From positions 73,904,001-73,968,000 of the forward strand of contig NC_091481.1 in the NCBI RefSeq assembly GCF_036971445.1: DNA of 64,000 nucleotides. The letters are read 5' to 3'. Positions 48,581 through 62,996 of this stretch are shown here, in pieces (position 1 is the first letter of the stretch; each line of letters begins with the position of its first letter). The stretch comes from Narcine bancroftii. Taxonomy: Eukaryota. A model generated the notes under the pieces. That model had not been told where the DNA came from, searched no databases, and saw only the letters and a program-made list of their open reading frames with translations. The position numbers were made by a program, and so were the translations under genes.

Positions 48581-50254
48581 CCCATTAAATATTTTCCTCT
48601 GCACTCTTGTATTAATTGTGCTCTGCATGTACTGTTGCCTCCAATTACTCCAATAAATACTTAAGGCCATTCTCCCCATTTACACCCCTGTCCTTGATCA
48701 TATTTTATTACACATATAGTTGTACTTTACTGTGTCTCAGTGCCCCATTTGGTGTTGTGCTCCCCAGGTCCGAACATATTGTTTCCTGGCTAGTTCCCCA
48801 TTTGCTGTTTCCTCTACATTTCCCCACTTACTGTCCAATACCCATTTCCAAAATGACTGTTCCGTCCCCATTTTATTGCCCCATGCCCTCCAAACTGTTA
48901 CCTCCCTCACACCCTATTTATTGTTCCCTCCACTGAACACAATTAGCCTTCCTTACCCATTTTCAAGCTTACTGTTCACTCCCCAATTCCTCCCCCCACC
49001 CTGTCCCCTACTTTCTGTTCAGTTAATAGCTCACCACATACTGTTCTCAGGTTTGCTCCATTTTACTGTTCCCTTCTTTAAATAAGTGCTCCAATATCCC
49101 TTCTGCTCTCTTGGCCTCCGCGATTACCTATAGCTCCAAGACCAACATGTCCTAATTGATCTCCTCCTTCCGGTAATTTGACCAAAATAAACCTAAATGA
49201 CAGATCAATACTCACATGTCGTGCTGCCTCCCCACAGATAAACGTCCCAATTACCATTTGCTGCTTCGACATCATTCAACTGATACAGGCCTCAAAAGGC
49301 TTAAGTCACGCCATCTGTTACGAGCCCAAAGGACCCCAACACCCAGCAGCAATAGACAATCATTAAGGCAAGTCTTTACTTAAACAAAGGTTGTTTTTAA
49401 TTATCTTTAAACATGAAAACAGAATCAAACTTTAACTTATCTCTTTACTTAACTAACCCAAATTAACCCCCTTCTAATTCTAAGCGCACGTGTATGTAAT
49501 GTGTGTGTAAATTTAAGAAAAGTTCTTTGGTTCACTGTTCAATCTCACTTCTCCTTCTTCCAACTTCTCTGGTTGCAGGCAATTCTTATACTGTGCACAG
49601 AATTTAACATGTATAAAGTTCACCAGGCTTTAGTGTTCGAAAGGTAAATGTTTACCGCTCAGGAAGGTTCTTGTAGAGTTTGCAGAGAGAGATTTGTTGT
49701 TCCAGGATTTTCACAACTAAGGTACCACCATTAGTCACCCCAATGACTCTCTGATAAAATTTGCCCCATCAGGGTTTTCCAGATGGTAACCTCCTTATTC
49801 AGGCTACCACGGGAGGAGTCACGTGATGGAGTAGTGGCTGGTCAGGGAACTCCAGCCCTCTCCGGAAAAGTTTAAAAACAAAACACAAAGGCACCAACAT
49901 AAAAATTAAAACAAAGTGAAAGTAAAGGTGGGAAGAAAATGGCAGCGAAGAAAGAAAAGTCAAAAGCAACGGGAAGAAGAGAAGAAGAAAGAACGTGGGA
50001 AGAAGAGAAGAAGAAAGAACATTGGAAGAAGAAGGTGAAGGCCTTACCTGTCCGAGGAGGCCCACCGCGGAGAGAGAAGCCCGCCCCCTAAGGTCAGTTG
50101 AAGTCCCAAGCTCGGGACTACAAAAATGGCTCGCGGAGCCAAGTAAAAGTGCGCAACCGCGCATGCGCGGCTCCTCGCGCATGTGCGATGCGCATGAAAA
50201 AAAAAACACTGATGGGAGGGGGACCAGCTGAGGAGTCGATCTCCACAGCTGAGA

Positions 50255-51207
50255 GTGACAGCTGCAACACAACAACAGGAAGAGAACATAGAAAACAACG
50301 AGAACAAGAAAGAAGAGAGTAAAAAGAAAACAAGGAAACAACAGATGACCAACCCAGAGGAAGAAGAAGAAGAAGAACATAGAGAAATGGAAGAAGAAGG
50401 GAAAGGCAAGACAATGGATATATATTTTTTTAAAGAATATATGGAATCAGTAAAAGAATGGCAATCACAAGAATGTAGTGAAATAAAAAGAAGAATAAAA
50501 AGTGCAGAAGAAAAAATGAATAGATTAGAGATGGTCATGTCAGATATAGGAAAAAGAGTGGACAAGGTGGAAGTACGAGAAACAGCCGTAGAAAGGGAAG
50601 TAGAGGACTTAAAAGAGAAATTAGAAGAATCTAATAAAAAAGTTAGAGGCACAAGAGCTGTTAGCTCAGAAGATAGATATAATGGAAAACTATAATAGAA
50701 GAAATAATATAAAGATAGTGGGCCTTAAGGAAGATGAAGAAGGCAAGAATATGAGAGAATTTATAGAAGATTGGATCCCCAGGGTCCTAGGAAGAACAGA
50801 ATTACAGGAAGAAATGGAAATAGAAAGGGCACATAGAACATTAGCCCCGAAACCACAGCCACAACAAAAACCAAGATCCATTTTAGTAAAATTCTTAAGA
50901 TATACAACGGAGAAAATATACTGGAGAAAGCAATGAAGAAAATAAGAGAAGACAAAAGCCACTGGAATACAAAGGTCAAAACATTTTTTTCTATCCAGTC
51001 ATAAGTTTTGAACTCCTGAAGAAGAGAAAGGAGTTTAATACAGCAAAAACGATCCTATGGAAAAAAGGATATAAATTTATGCTAAAGTACCCAGCAGTAC
51101 TTAAAATAGTTATTCCAGGGCAGCAAAACAGACTATTCTCGGATCCGGAGGAAGCACGAAAATTTGCAGAACAACTACAAAACAGACAGAGAGATGAAGA
51201 CATGTAA
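50255..51207 (+). pseudogene. L1 ORF1p (coiled coil + RRM + CTD), frameshifted
   Basis: ENYNRRNNIKIVGLKE..EIERAHRTLAPKP..PRSILVKFLRY, split across frames. Confidence 0.85.
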
Positions 51208-51230
51208 CGAGAGTAAAAATGACCACGGAC

Positions 51231-51250
51231 TATATGTATCTGTGTATATG

Positions 51251-51293
<43 letters not shown>

Positions 51294-51330
51294 AGTGTGT
51301 GTGTATGTATATATGTGTGTACATGAGTGT
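51231..51330. repeat. (TA)n/(TG)n microsatellite in the L1 inter-ORF spacer
   Basis: Directly visible dinucleotide run. Confidence 0.9.
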
Positions 51331-51750
51331 ATCCGTATTTAAAGGAAAATATATAGAGTATAGATAAGAATTAATAAGGGAATGAAAGGGAAGAGAGGAA
51401 GTAAGGAGGGAATTAAGAGAGTGACCTTTGTTATATATGAAAATTGAAATCTTTTCTGGGGGGGGCTGGGTGAGGAGGAGTTACGGTCACTGCGAAATCA
51501 GTTGACGCTTGCGAGTGAATTCGCAAATCCAAATGGAGAGGGGAGATGTGGTTGCCCGACAAGGGATAAAGGGCAACTCAGGAAGGGGAGGGGATAGTGG
51601 GGTTAAAGAAATTTTAGACAGGAGAATAAGGGAAATGTTTGATGTTTTAGAAATGTTGTCTTATAAAGTGTTCAAAACAAGAAAGCAGAAATGGATAAGA
51701 AGGAAAGGTGATGATGAGGAAATGGAAAGGAAAGAAAAACAAAGTATGAA

Positions 51751-54700
51751 ATGGCTACGTTAAACTATATGACTTTAAATATTAACAGAATACATAACCA
51801 AATCAAAAGGAAGAAACTGCTAAATTTACTGAAAAAAGAAAAAATTGATATAGCATTCGTGCAAGAAACACATTTAACTGAAATGGAGCACAAGAAATTA
51901 AAGAGAGATTGGATAGGACATGTAACAGCAGCGTCATATAATTCAAAAGCTAGAGGAGTAGCTATATTAATCAGTAAAAATGTACCAATTAAAATAGAAG
52001 AGGAAATAATAGATCCAGCAGGGAGATATGTAATGATAAAAAGTCAGATTTATTCGGAGTTTTGGAATTTACTCAATGTATATTCACCTAACGAAAAAGA
52101 TCAAAAATTTATGCAAGATATTTTTTTGAAGATAGCAGACACGCAAGGGAACATACTAATAGGAGGGGATTTCAACCTTAATTTGGATTCAAACATGGAT
52201 AAAACTGGGAAAAAAATTAACAGAAAGAACAAAGTAACCAAATTTATAATTAAATCGATGGAAGAAATGCAACTTTTGGATATATGGAGGAAACAACACC
52301 CAAAGGAAAAGGAATATTCATATTATTCGGGTAGATATAAAACATACTCAAGAATAGACCTATTCCTGTTATCAGCTCGCATGCAAGACAGAGTTAGAAA
52401 AACTGAATATAAAGCTAGAATATTATCGGACCACTCACCCCTGATATTGACAATAGAGTTAGAGGACATCCCTCCAAGAATGTATAGATGGAGATTAAAC
52501 TCCATGCTACTTAAAAGGCAGGATTTTAGAGAATTCATTGAAAGACAAATTAAAATGTACTTTGAAATAAATACGGAAGCAGCGAAAGATAAGTTTATAC
52601 TATGGGACGCAATGAAAGCGTTCATCAGAGGGCAAATAATAAGTTATGTAACCAAGATGAAGAAGGACTACAATCAGGAAACAGAGCAGTTGGAAAGGGA
52701 AATAATAAATATAGAAAAAGAATTAGCAATGAAGGAAAACACAACTAAAAGAAGAGAATTGGCAGATAAAAAAATAAAATATAAAACACTACAAACATAT
52801 AAGGTGGAGAAGAACATAATGAAGACAAAACAGAAATATTATGAACTAGGAGAAAAAACGCACAAAATTCTAGCGTGGCAGCTTAAGACAGAACAAACTA
52901 AGAGAATGGTATTGGCATCAAGGAAAAAAGACAAACAAATCACATATAATCGAACGGAGATTAATTCAGAGAATTCCACGAACAATTATACTCAACTGAA
53001 AACGAAGGGAAAGAAGACAAAATAGATGAATTTTTAACTAAAATTGAACTACCAAAATTACAAATAGAGGAACAAAATAAATTAACAGAACCATTTGAAA
53101 TAGTAGAAATACAAGAGATAATAAAAAAACTACCAAATAATAAAACACCAGGAGAGGATGGATTCCCAATAGAATTCTATAAAATATTTAAAGATTTATT
53201 AATTCCTCCCCTTCTGGAAGTATTCAACCAGATTGATAAAACACAAAGCTTACCAGATTCACGCAAAACAGCAATAATTTCAGTAATACCAAAGACAGGG
53301 AAAGATCCACTCGCACCAGCGTCATATAGACCAATATCTTTACTTAACACAGATTATAAGATAATAGCTAAACTATTAGCAAACAGATTAGCCGACTATG
53401 TACCAAAAATAGTAAATCTAGACCAAACTGGATTTATTAAAAAAGACGAACAACAGACAATATTTGTAAATTTATTAACTTAATTCATGCAGTAGAAGGG
53501 AATAAAGCTCCAACAGTAGCGGTTGCTTTAGATGCAGAGAAGGCCTTTGACAGAGTAGAATGGAATTATTTATTCAAAGTATTACAAAAATTCAGTTTAC
53601 CAGAGAAGTATATTAATTGGATTAAAGCATTATATAAGGGGCCATTGGCGAAAGTGACAGTAAATGGATATATATCAAAGCAATTTAACTTAAGCAGATC
53701 AACAAGGCAGGGATGCCCACTATCACCCTTATTGTTCGCATTAGCCATAGAACCACTAGCAGAACTGATAAGAACAGAAAATAAAATAAAAGGGATAAAA
53801 ATAAAAGACAAGGAATATAAAATCAGTTTATTTGCAGATGACGTTATAGTATACTTAACAGAAACAGAAATATCAATAAAAGAATTACATAAGAAGTTGA
53901 AGGAATATGGAGAAGTGTCGGGTTACAAGATTAATGCAAATAAAAGTGAAGCAATGCCAATGAATAATGCGGATTTCTCAAAATTTAAGAAAGAATCACC
54001 ATTCAGATGGCAAATGCAAGCAATACGATACCTAGGTATACAAATAAATAAAAACCTCGGCCATCTATATAAACTCAATTATTATCCACTAATGAAAAAA
54101 TTACAGGACGACTTAGAGCATTGGAAAGACCTACCACTAACACTAATAGGAAGGATAAACTGTATTAAAATGAACATTTTCCCAAGGATACAATAACTAT
54201 TTCAGGCATTCCCAATACACTTGATGGAGAAATTCTTCAAGGAGTTAAAGAAAATAATAAGGAAATTTTTATGGAAAGGGGGGAAACCGAGGATAACACT
54301 AGATAAATTAACAGAATGGTATAAACAAGGAGGCTTACAACTGCCAAACTTTAAAAATTATTATAGAGCCGCACAATTAAGATACTTAACAGATTTTTAT
54401 CAAACAAGGGAAAAGCCAGATTGGACTAGATTAGAACTAGATAAATACCTGAACATATATTATATAAATGGGATGAAAAATTGGTACAACATAGGAATTC
54501 TCCAGTATTACATCATCTGCTCAATATTTGGAAGTAGATTCATGTAGAAATGAATAAAACAAATTACCAATTACCAAAACTAATACTGACGCAAAATCAG
54601 CTAATCCCTTTTACAATAGATAACCTTTCCTTTAGAGAATGGGAGAAAAAAGGGATCAAAAGAATAGAAAATTGCTTTTCAGGAAATAAATTACTATCCT

Positions 54701-55527
54701 TTGAACAAATGAGGATAAATATAATATAACTCAAGATACAGTGTTGGCATACTACCAACTGAAATCCTACTTGAAGGACAAATTGGGAAGCAGTCTGAGG
54801 TTACCAGAGGGAAATAATTTTGAATATGTGATTACAGACACAATGATAATCAAAAAATTTATAACAAATATGTATATTAAACTGCAAGAAAAGGAGAATG
54901 AGGAAACAAATGGTAAAACTAAACAAAAATGGGAACAAGATTTAAACATAAAGATAAAGAAGGAAACATGGGAGAAGTTATGCTCTGGAACTATGAGAAA
55001 TACAATAAACACGAGGTTACGTATGATACAATATAACTGGATACACAGGCTATACATTACACCTCAAAAGTTAAATAAATGGAACCCAACAGTATCTGTC
55101 AGATGTTTTCGTTGTAAAAAGGACATGGGAACAACAATTCATGCAATCTGGACGTGTGAGAAAGTGAAAAAAATTTGGGAAGATCTAAACCAGATATTAA
55201 ATAAAATCACAGAAAGCAATATACCAAAAAACCCAGAGATCTTCCTCCTAAGTAACATAAAAAACAAAGAATTTGGACTTGATTTGGATGGTGCACAAAA
55301 AAAGATTTGTTAGGATAGCCCTAGCTGTAGCAAAAAAATGTATTATGTCAGCCTGGAAATTAGAAGATAACTTGAGAATACAACAATGGTATATAGAAAT
55401 GAATAAATGTATTCCATTAGAAAAAATAACATATAATTTAAGAAATAATATTACAATATTTGAACAAATATGGGAATCATACATGAAACACAATAGAGAA
55501 AACCTACCGGGGACATCTACCACCTAA
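51751..55527 (+). pseudogene. L1 ORF2p (APE endonuclease, RT, CCHC) with several frameshifts and a stop
   Basis: FVQETHL, GGDFN, SRIDLF, SDHSP; RQGCPLSP, LFADD, YLGI; CFRC..HAIWTC. Confidence 0.93.
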
Positions 55528-56984
55528 AATGACAGAAGGAGAAGGAAATGAAAAGAATTGACTCAGTGGAATTTCTTGTTTATTTTTATTGAGTGAAAAC
55601 ATTGTTTGACGGGTTTAATGTATCTTAGATTCTGTACTTTAAATGAATGGGAGGGGAGGTAGGGAGGGTGGGATGGGAAGTGGGGGGGAAGAAAACGACA
55701 CTGTATATATTTGAAAAGAAAAATGTATGTATCTTGATCAATGTGGTTTATAGTGTGAAAAATAAAAAAAATTCAAAAAAAATTCAGGCTACCACACAAT
55801 TCCTTTCTGTTCCCCTTATTCCAAGAGAAACATCAGACAGATAGCACTTCCAGCCATCCGCCACTCTGGAGCTTTTCATCAGTTTCAACCAGCTCTTCCT
55901 GGCTTGCACTGTTAAACTGCTTTTCAGTGTCACACATACTAGCTGAGATTGCTTCTCTTCTCTCCCTCTCTCTCCAACTGAGACTCCAGAAAGCCCAAGT
56001 GACTTTCTCACTTGCCAAAACCCCCCACCTTCTTCAGCAAACAACAGGAGTTCTTCTCTTTCGTCAAGATGTGACCTTTCTGTGAGCACTTTGCAGAAAG
56101 GTACTTGTAGCCAGTTTGTCTCCTCCAAAACAATGGTCTTTCATTTCATGACATCATTTCAATTAGCACCTACTTGTGAAATGTGCATCACATTCTCCAG
56201 ATATCCTGCAATGTTATTGAATATGAATTCTTCAGTCTTTCAAATAAGATCTGTTTTAAAATGTGTGCATGTATGTAACCCACTAATCTTACCAAATTCT
56301 CCCAAATATTTATCCATTACACACCCCAGTACTAAAACATTGATTGTCCCTTGTCTCCTTTTGCTTTTCTACCCTCAACTAAAAGGATTGGTTTGGCACA
56401 GAAAGCAAAATCTGCATGAATCTACAAATATCCGTGTTGATACAGTTCACAACCACAAAATCAAGCATTGTAAGTCATTCCAAACAAAATAATAGTTCAT
56501 ACACCCACAAAGATTTCTGACCACTTGCTGCCAGAACAATACAACAAAGGTCATAAACAGGAGTAAGACTCTTTGCTGGCTGGATCTTTATTCTGATCCA
56601 GATGGAAGCTCCAAGTTTCCCACCTGGGGTAAATCAATTCCATGATGGGTTGTCTCTACATTCTATTAATTTCGCTGTTCCTTCCCCAAATTCTTAAACT
56701 GAATTCTTAAGCTAAGTCCTGAAATGTGATCATATCCGCTCAACTGTTGTGGTTCACCAATGGTCACCTGTCTTTACAGTGTCGCGTTTCATTAACTCTG
56801 GCAAAAGCTTCAGGGTTTAATTATGTTTGTTTTTCACCGTGGTTGCAGTCTGAGCAACCTGTTGTCCTTTGTTATGGCCCTGAATTTGACCGGTTTAGAC
56901 CAGATCAGTCAAACCACAGTTTTAAGTGACTCCAGGACACACAATAGTGGTTTGTAAGCATAGTCGCACATATTTAATTTTTTT

Positions 56985-57140
56985 TTAAATTAGACATATG
57001 GTAACAGGCCCTTCCAGCCCACAAGCCAATGCAGTCCAATTACACCCAATTAACCTAGAACCCCTGGTACATTTCGAACGGTGGGAGGAAAGAGAGTCCC
57101 CAATGAAACCCTGCAGACACTGGAGAATGTACAAGCTCCT
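56985..57140 (-). mobile_element. V-domain SINE 3' part
   Basis: ttaaattagacat..gtaacaggccc..gtgggaggaa..gagaatgtacaagctcctt, matching the other copies. Confidence 0.7.
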
Positions 57141-57299
57141 TGTCCACATCTATTCCTTCAAAACAGATGCTAAAGAACAAGTCATTTCGTTGCTCTGCTT
57201 CTACTGCCATGACCTTATTCCAGTCACTATTTTGAATTAAATTCCAGCCAATAGCTCCCCTCTCTTCTTGAATTAAAGATATTTCTCGCATGAAACGTT

Positions 57300-58010
57300 T
57301 CAAATGTTGAAAGGCATAGACAGAGTAAATGTAAAAAGGTTGTTTCCCATGATGAGAAAATGAAGAGGAAGAGGGGAAGTTATTGCAGGGTGTTCACTTA
57401 GAACAGAGATGCAGAGGAATTTCTTCACCAGAGGGTGGTACATCTGTAGAATTCCTTGCCATAGCTGGTTGTAGAGGCTCGGTCATTGGGTGTGTTTAAG
57501 ACAGAGATTGGTAGGTTCTTGATTAACCAGGGTTTCAAAGGTTCTGGTGAGAAGGGTGGGCAGCAGGGCTGAGTGGGAAAATGGATGAGATCTTTAATAA
57601 ATGGTGGGGCTGAATCGATGTGCTGAATAGCCTATTTCTGATTATATGAATTATGAACTTAGGAATCTGAGAGGCGCAGATAATGTAGAGAGTCGGCATC
57701 TTTTTTTCCTCAGGGCAGGAACAGCAAACATCAGAGGGCATCTGTTCAAAGTGAAGGGAGGAAACTTTAATGGAGACAACAGGGATAAGTTTTTGTACAC
57801 TGAGTTGTGGGTGCCTGGAATGCATTGCAAAGTGTAGTGAGGGAGGCTGGAACATTAGGGGCATTTATAATACTCTTACAAAGGCACCTAAATGAAAGAA
57901 AAATAGAGGGTTATGAATTTGGTAGGGCTTAGTCTTAAAAAAAATGTTTTAAGTCATCACAACATCTTTGGCTGAAGGGGCTCTCCTGGGCTGTTCCATG
58001 TCTAAGTCTA
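57300..58010 (+). mobile_element. Two tandem CR1 3' fragments
   Basis: GIDRV/LFP-like ORF ends and gctgaatagcct / ggctgaaggg tails. Confidence 0.7.
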
Positions 58011-59152
58011 GATTTTTTAAACAAAGGGACTACATTGTCCATTCTCCAATCCTCTGGAAATTCCACTGTGGCCAAGAAGGATTCAAAGATAATTGCCTAA
58101 GGCCCAGCAATCTCTTCCCACAGTTCCCATAGCAACGTGGGGTACATCTCGTCCAGTCCTGGGGACTTATAAAACTTACGTTTTTAAGGTGGTCAGGCAC
58201 TTTCTCTTTCTTAATTTCAACACGGTCCAGCTCATTAGCCTTTTTCATTTTAACCATGTTCCCAAACTGATCTCACTCTCTCTGCCTCGCTTCTTTCACC
58301 AGCAGCTGCCTCTCCTGCCCCGGATACCAGTCTCAACCCATCTGCCATCACCGGAGGCTTTCTGTCTGCTGAATCCGTTGGTGGTGGGAAGTGGGAGTTG
58401 GAGCTAGGGCCCAGGAGCTCCTCATACCTGGAAACATGATCCCTACTCCCGCCAGATGAACTTCTCCCCATTCACTAACATTGGTCTGAGGGAAGAATCA
58501 GTCTATGGGAGACTGACAGAGTAACTTTATGCCCGGGCTGTCCTCAGCAAACAATCACAACCTGGGATCTTTCCTCTGAACATGTCTCCTGAGGCTGTAT
58601 TCTCCACGCAAACTCGCAGAAACAGGAGGGAGTGGACGTATCTGCTGGGACCATGCTGGAGTTGCAATCTGACAGCAACAATCCTGGGTTAATGTTCTCA
58701 TAATTCCGGTTCAGATTGGAAAGAAGAAAAGGTAATCCCCATTGGGGAATTGAACCCCATTCTTCCATGTGACATGTGGGGATACTAACCACAACACTAA
58801 TAAGTTATGAATGGGGGAGATAATTAGTACGTCGGATTGTCAGGGAACAGGAGGGTTTGCAGTCTCACCCCCAACGTTACTCACCGACGGCACCACTGGC
58901 ACCTATCACACCCCCTCTTCTCAGCTGACGGGAGGGATCTCTCGATTTTTTTTTTGTTCCTTATAAAACACCTTCAAGGCAGATTCTGTCCTGCTGTTAC
59001 CACACTCATCAATCGACCATCCACTCATGGAACATGAGTACACTCATGTACACTCTCTCTTCAGCACCAGGCTGTCCATTTTGTTTTAGGGAACTCCACC
59101 CTGTACAATTTGCCTGAGTTCAAAACTGTTCCCTGCATGTTTCTCTCTTATA

Positions 59153-59505
59153 GACAATAGACAGTAGGTGTTGCAATAGGCCAATTGACTCGTCGAGCCA
59201 GCACCACCATTTTTCAGATCATGGCTGATCATTCACTATTAGTATCCATTCCCTGCCTTATCCCCATAACCCTTAACTCCCCTGTTCACAAGAGCCTTAT
59301 CTAACTCCCTTTTGAAATATATCCAGCGAATCTTCCCCCACTACCCTCTGCGGCAACGCATTCCACAGATCCACACTTCTCTGGGTAAAAAAAAATTCTC
59401 TTCATCTCCGTCCTAAAAGGCATTCCCTGTATTCTTAAACTATGCCTTCTAGCCCTAGTCTCTCCCAACAATGGGAACATGTAATCTGATTTCACCCTGT
59501 CTAGC
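59153..59505 (-). mobile_element. CR1 3' fragment
   Basis: ORF 59301-59510 GLDRVKSDYMFPLLGETRARRHSLRIQGMPFRTEMKR. Confidence 0.8.
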
Positions 59506-61745
59506 CCCACTAGAGAGGGGGCAGTGTTGGATCTACCATTGGGGAATGAGATAGGGCAGGTGACTGAGGTGTGTGTTGGGGAGCACTTTGGATCCAGTGA
59601 TCATGGTACCATTAGTTTCAATATAATTATGGAATGGGATAGGTCTGGTCCGACGATGAAGGTCTTTGAGTGGGGGAAAGCCAGATTTGAAGAAATGAGA
59701 AGGGATTTGCAAGGAGTGGTTTGGGCTGATTTGTTTTTATAGGAAGGAGGTGGAGGGGAATTGGAGGGCATTTAAAGTTGAGATTTTGAGGTTTGAAAGA
59801 GCCATGGTTTTCAAGGAAGATTAGAAAGTAGATTCGATATAAAAGGGAGGCTTACATTAAATACAGGAAGCAAGGGATGGACGAGATGCTTGGAAAATAC
59901 ATGGAATGTAAAAAGAAATTAGAAAAGCGAAAAGAAGGTACGAAGTGGCTATAGTGAACAGGGTGAAAGTAAATCCAAAGGGTTTTTACAAATATGTGAA
60001 TAGCAAAAGGAGAGTGATGAATAAAATTGATCCCTTAGAGAATCGGAGTGGACAAATGTGTGCAGAACCGAATGAGATGGGGGAGTTATTGAATGAGTTC
60101 TTCTCTTCGGTATTCACTAGGGAAAAGAATAATGGAATCATGTAGGATAAGAGAAGCAAAAGGGGTGATTATGGAAAATGTAGGGATTAGGAAAGAGGGG
60201 GTGTTGGAACTTTTGAGACATATAAAAGTGAATAAATCTCTGGGTCCCAATGGGATTTTCCCCAGGACCTTACGCGAAATCAGGGAGGAAATAGCAGAGG
60301 CTCTGACAGTGATTTTTCATGGTGCTGCAGGATTGGCGTGTCGCAAACGTGGTTGTTCTATTTAAAAAGGAATCCAGGTGTAGGCCCAGCAATTATAGGC
60401 CATTAAGTTTGACGTCGGTGGCCATTAAACTAATGGAAGGTATTCTTGGAGATAATATGTATAAGTATCTGGAGAGGCAGGAACACCCAACATGGGTTTG
60501 TTTGGGGAAGGTCATGTTTGACAAATCTTGTTGAATTTTTTGAGGAGGTGATTAGGAAGTTGGATGAGGGTAGAGCAGTACATGTGGTCTATATGGATTT
60601 CAGTAAGGCCTTCAATGAGGTTCTACATGGAAGGTTGGTAAGGAAGGTTCAGGCACTAGGTATTAAAGTTGAGATAGTCAGATGGGTTCAATGGAGGCTG
60701 AAAGGTAGATGCCAGAGAGTCATGATGGATAACTGTCTGTCAGGATGGAGGCCAGTGATCAGCGGTATGCCCCAGTGATGGGTGTTGGGTCCCTTGTTGT
60801 TCGTCATTTACATTAATGATTTGGATGATGGAGTGGTAAATTGGGTTAGTAAATTTGCAGACGATACAAAAATAGGGGGAGTTGTAAATAGTGAAGATGG
60901 TTTTCAGGGACTGCAGAAGGATTTGAACGGCTTAGAAGAGTGAGCTGAAAGGTGGCAGATGGAATTTAATATCGTTAAGTGTGAGGTGCTTCATTTTGGG
61001 AAAAATAATCAAAACGGGAGATATACATTGAAGGGGAGGGGGGCATTGAGGAATGCAGAGGAACAGAGAGATCATGGAATAACAGTTCATCATTCTTTGA
61101 AAGTGGATTCTCATGTAGATAGGATGGTGAAGAAGGCTTTTGGTATGCTGGCCTTTATAAATCAAAGCATAGAATATACGAGTTGGGAGGGGTTGTTGAG
61201 ACTATTCAAGGCATTGGTGAGACCAAGTTTGGAATATGTGTGCAGTTCTGGACCCCAAAATATAGGAAGGATATCAATAAGATAGAGAGGGTGCAGAGAA
61301 GATTTACCAAAATGTTGCCTGGATTGCAGTATCTAGAATACAAAGAAAGATTGAGTAGACTGGGTCTTTATTCATTGGAGCATAGAAGGTTGAGGGGGGA
61401 TTTGATAGAGGTATTTAAGATTGAGGGGGATAGATAGAGTTGATGTGGATAGGCTCTTTCCCTTGAGGGTAGGTGAGATTGGAATGAGGGTTCATAAGTT
61501 AAGGGTTAAGGGCAAAAGTTTAGAAGTAACATGAGAGGAAGCATCTTTACTCAGAGAGTAGGGGCTGAGTGGAATGATCTTCGAGAAGAGGTGGTTGCAG
61601 CAGGGTCAATTTTGTCATTTAAGAGAAGGTTGGATGAGTGCATGGAGTGGAGGGTTATGGACAGGGAGCAGGTAGAGGAGATCACTTAAATCAGTGTGGA
61701 CTAGAGGGGCCGAGATGGCCTGTTTCCGTACTGTAATTGTTATAT
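59506..61745 (+). mobile_element. CR1 LINE, 5'-truncated, decayed ORF2
   Basis: VGEHFGSSDH, NPKGFYKY, NYRPLSLTS, GRSCLTNLVEFFEEV, YMDFSKAF, KFADDTK; tail ggcctgtttccgtactgtaattgttat. Confidence 0.93.
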
Positions 61746-61749
61746 ATGA

Positions 61750-62890
61750 TTTTGGTTTATATAAATCTTGTGTCTGAAAAATTTTCTGAATTGATTCCAG
61801 ATCTTCAATCTATGTGTTATTTTTATGGTTTTTTTTGTCAGCTTTTGACCAGAGATAGGTAAAGATGACCTCAATACTGCCCAGAGGGAGGTAGTTCTGA
61901 AGGACTTCATCTCAATCCAAGTAAGATCTGTCTTTTCACAATGCAACAATAATCACATATTTCTTATAGTTAAGTCACTTTTTAATGAATGGAATTTTTT
62001 ATGTATTAATAGTTTCAAAGATCTTTTTCTGCAACAACATTTTATATCTTCAACAACTGGGGATGATATTTAACCTATCAAATAGACATTACTCTCAAAT
62101 TCCACATTTTGTTCACTCTAAGCTTTAAAGCATTTCCCGACCCAAATTTCATCGATGACCTCTTTGAGTTACAATTTATTCATAAGGGCACGATATCTGC
62201 TTTATATTATAAACTATTATATGAAAGCAATTTCTTGAGGTGGAGTTAAAACTGAATGGGTGAATGATCTGAATATCTCTTTCTCAGAAGAAGAATGGAC
62301 TTCAGTTTTGGGCCTGATTTACGGTTCATCGTTGTCGTTGTGCACTCGGCATGGTCTTATTCAATTCAAAGTTCTCCAACGTCAAACTTGATCAAATTTA
62401 TTCTGATATGAGTTCACTTGGTGACAAATGGAAAATATTCAGTGCGTCTTTGCTGACCATGTTTTGGACTTGCCCTAATTTGAAAGTATTGGACCGACAT
62501 TTTTAGAACTTCTTCAACCCATTTTAGGATCACTTTAGATCCTGCATGATTTGCTTTTTCTAAAGTTATAAATATTATCTGATCTTCTCTAATGAAAGAC
62601 AGGCTGTCGCATTCTCCGTCAGGCGTGAGGATGAATGTCGCTGGGCGAGTGCGTTTGGATCCCCTGAGGCCACTTGTTCGGATTTAAAACAACATACAAT
62701 ATGAATTTTTACCTTAATTGTCATGGGCTTGAATTATTTTTCTTCATTACCTCTAACAATATTGTAACTAGATTTAGAATTAAGTTGTATTGCTACTGTA
62801 CCATATGTTATTATTTGTAAATCTGCCAAGGTCTCATTGCAATTGGTTTACTGCTTTTTTGTTTGCTTTTCTGAGATAAAAATCAATAAA
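61750..62890 (+). mobile_element. Old L1 3' fragment
   Basis: Decayed FSEEEW, CTRHGLIQFKVL and HMFWTCP-like motifs; ends in aaaatcaataaa. Confidence 0.65.
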
Positions 62891-62996
62891 GGTAAGGAAG
62901 AAGTTGATTTGCCTGGATACCATGAGAAGAAAGTATTTCAATGTATCCAGGTGCACATGAGAGTAAAACAATTCAATCCTTGAGAGATTTATTTGT

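Larger units (their letters stand above)
49811..55781 (+). mobile_element. Full-length L1-clade LINE (~5.97 kb), disrupted
   Basis: 14-bp TSD attcaggctaccac (49797-49810 and 55782-55795), A-rich tail, ORF1 and ORF2 remnants. Confidence 0.96.
49316..56321 (-). mobile_element. Solo LTR family B interrupted by a full-length L1
   Basis: 49316-49810 plus 55796-56321 together reconstruct the LTR seen at 46341-47356; flanks catc/cacc. Confidence 0.88.

Noticed and set aside
49811-55781. Autonomous active L1
   Set aside because: Both ORFs have multiple frameshifts and ORF2 has an in-frame stop at ~54194.
59153-59560. Twin-primed 5' inversion of one CR1
   Set aside because: The inverted part is a 3' end with a different tail, so these are two separate CR1 fragments.
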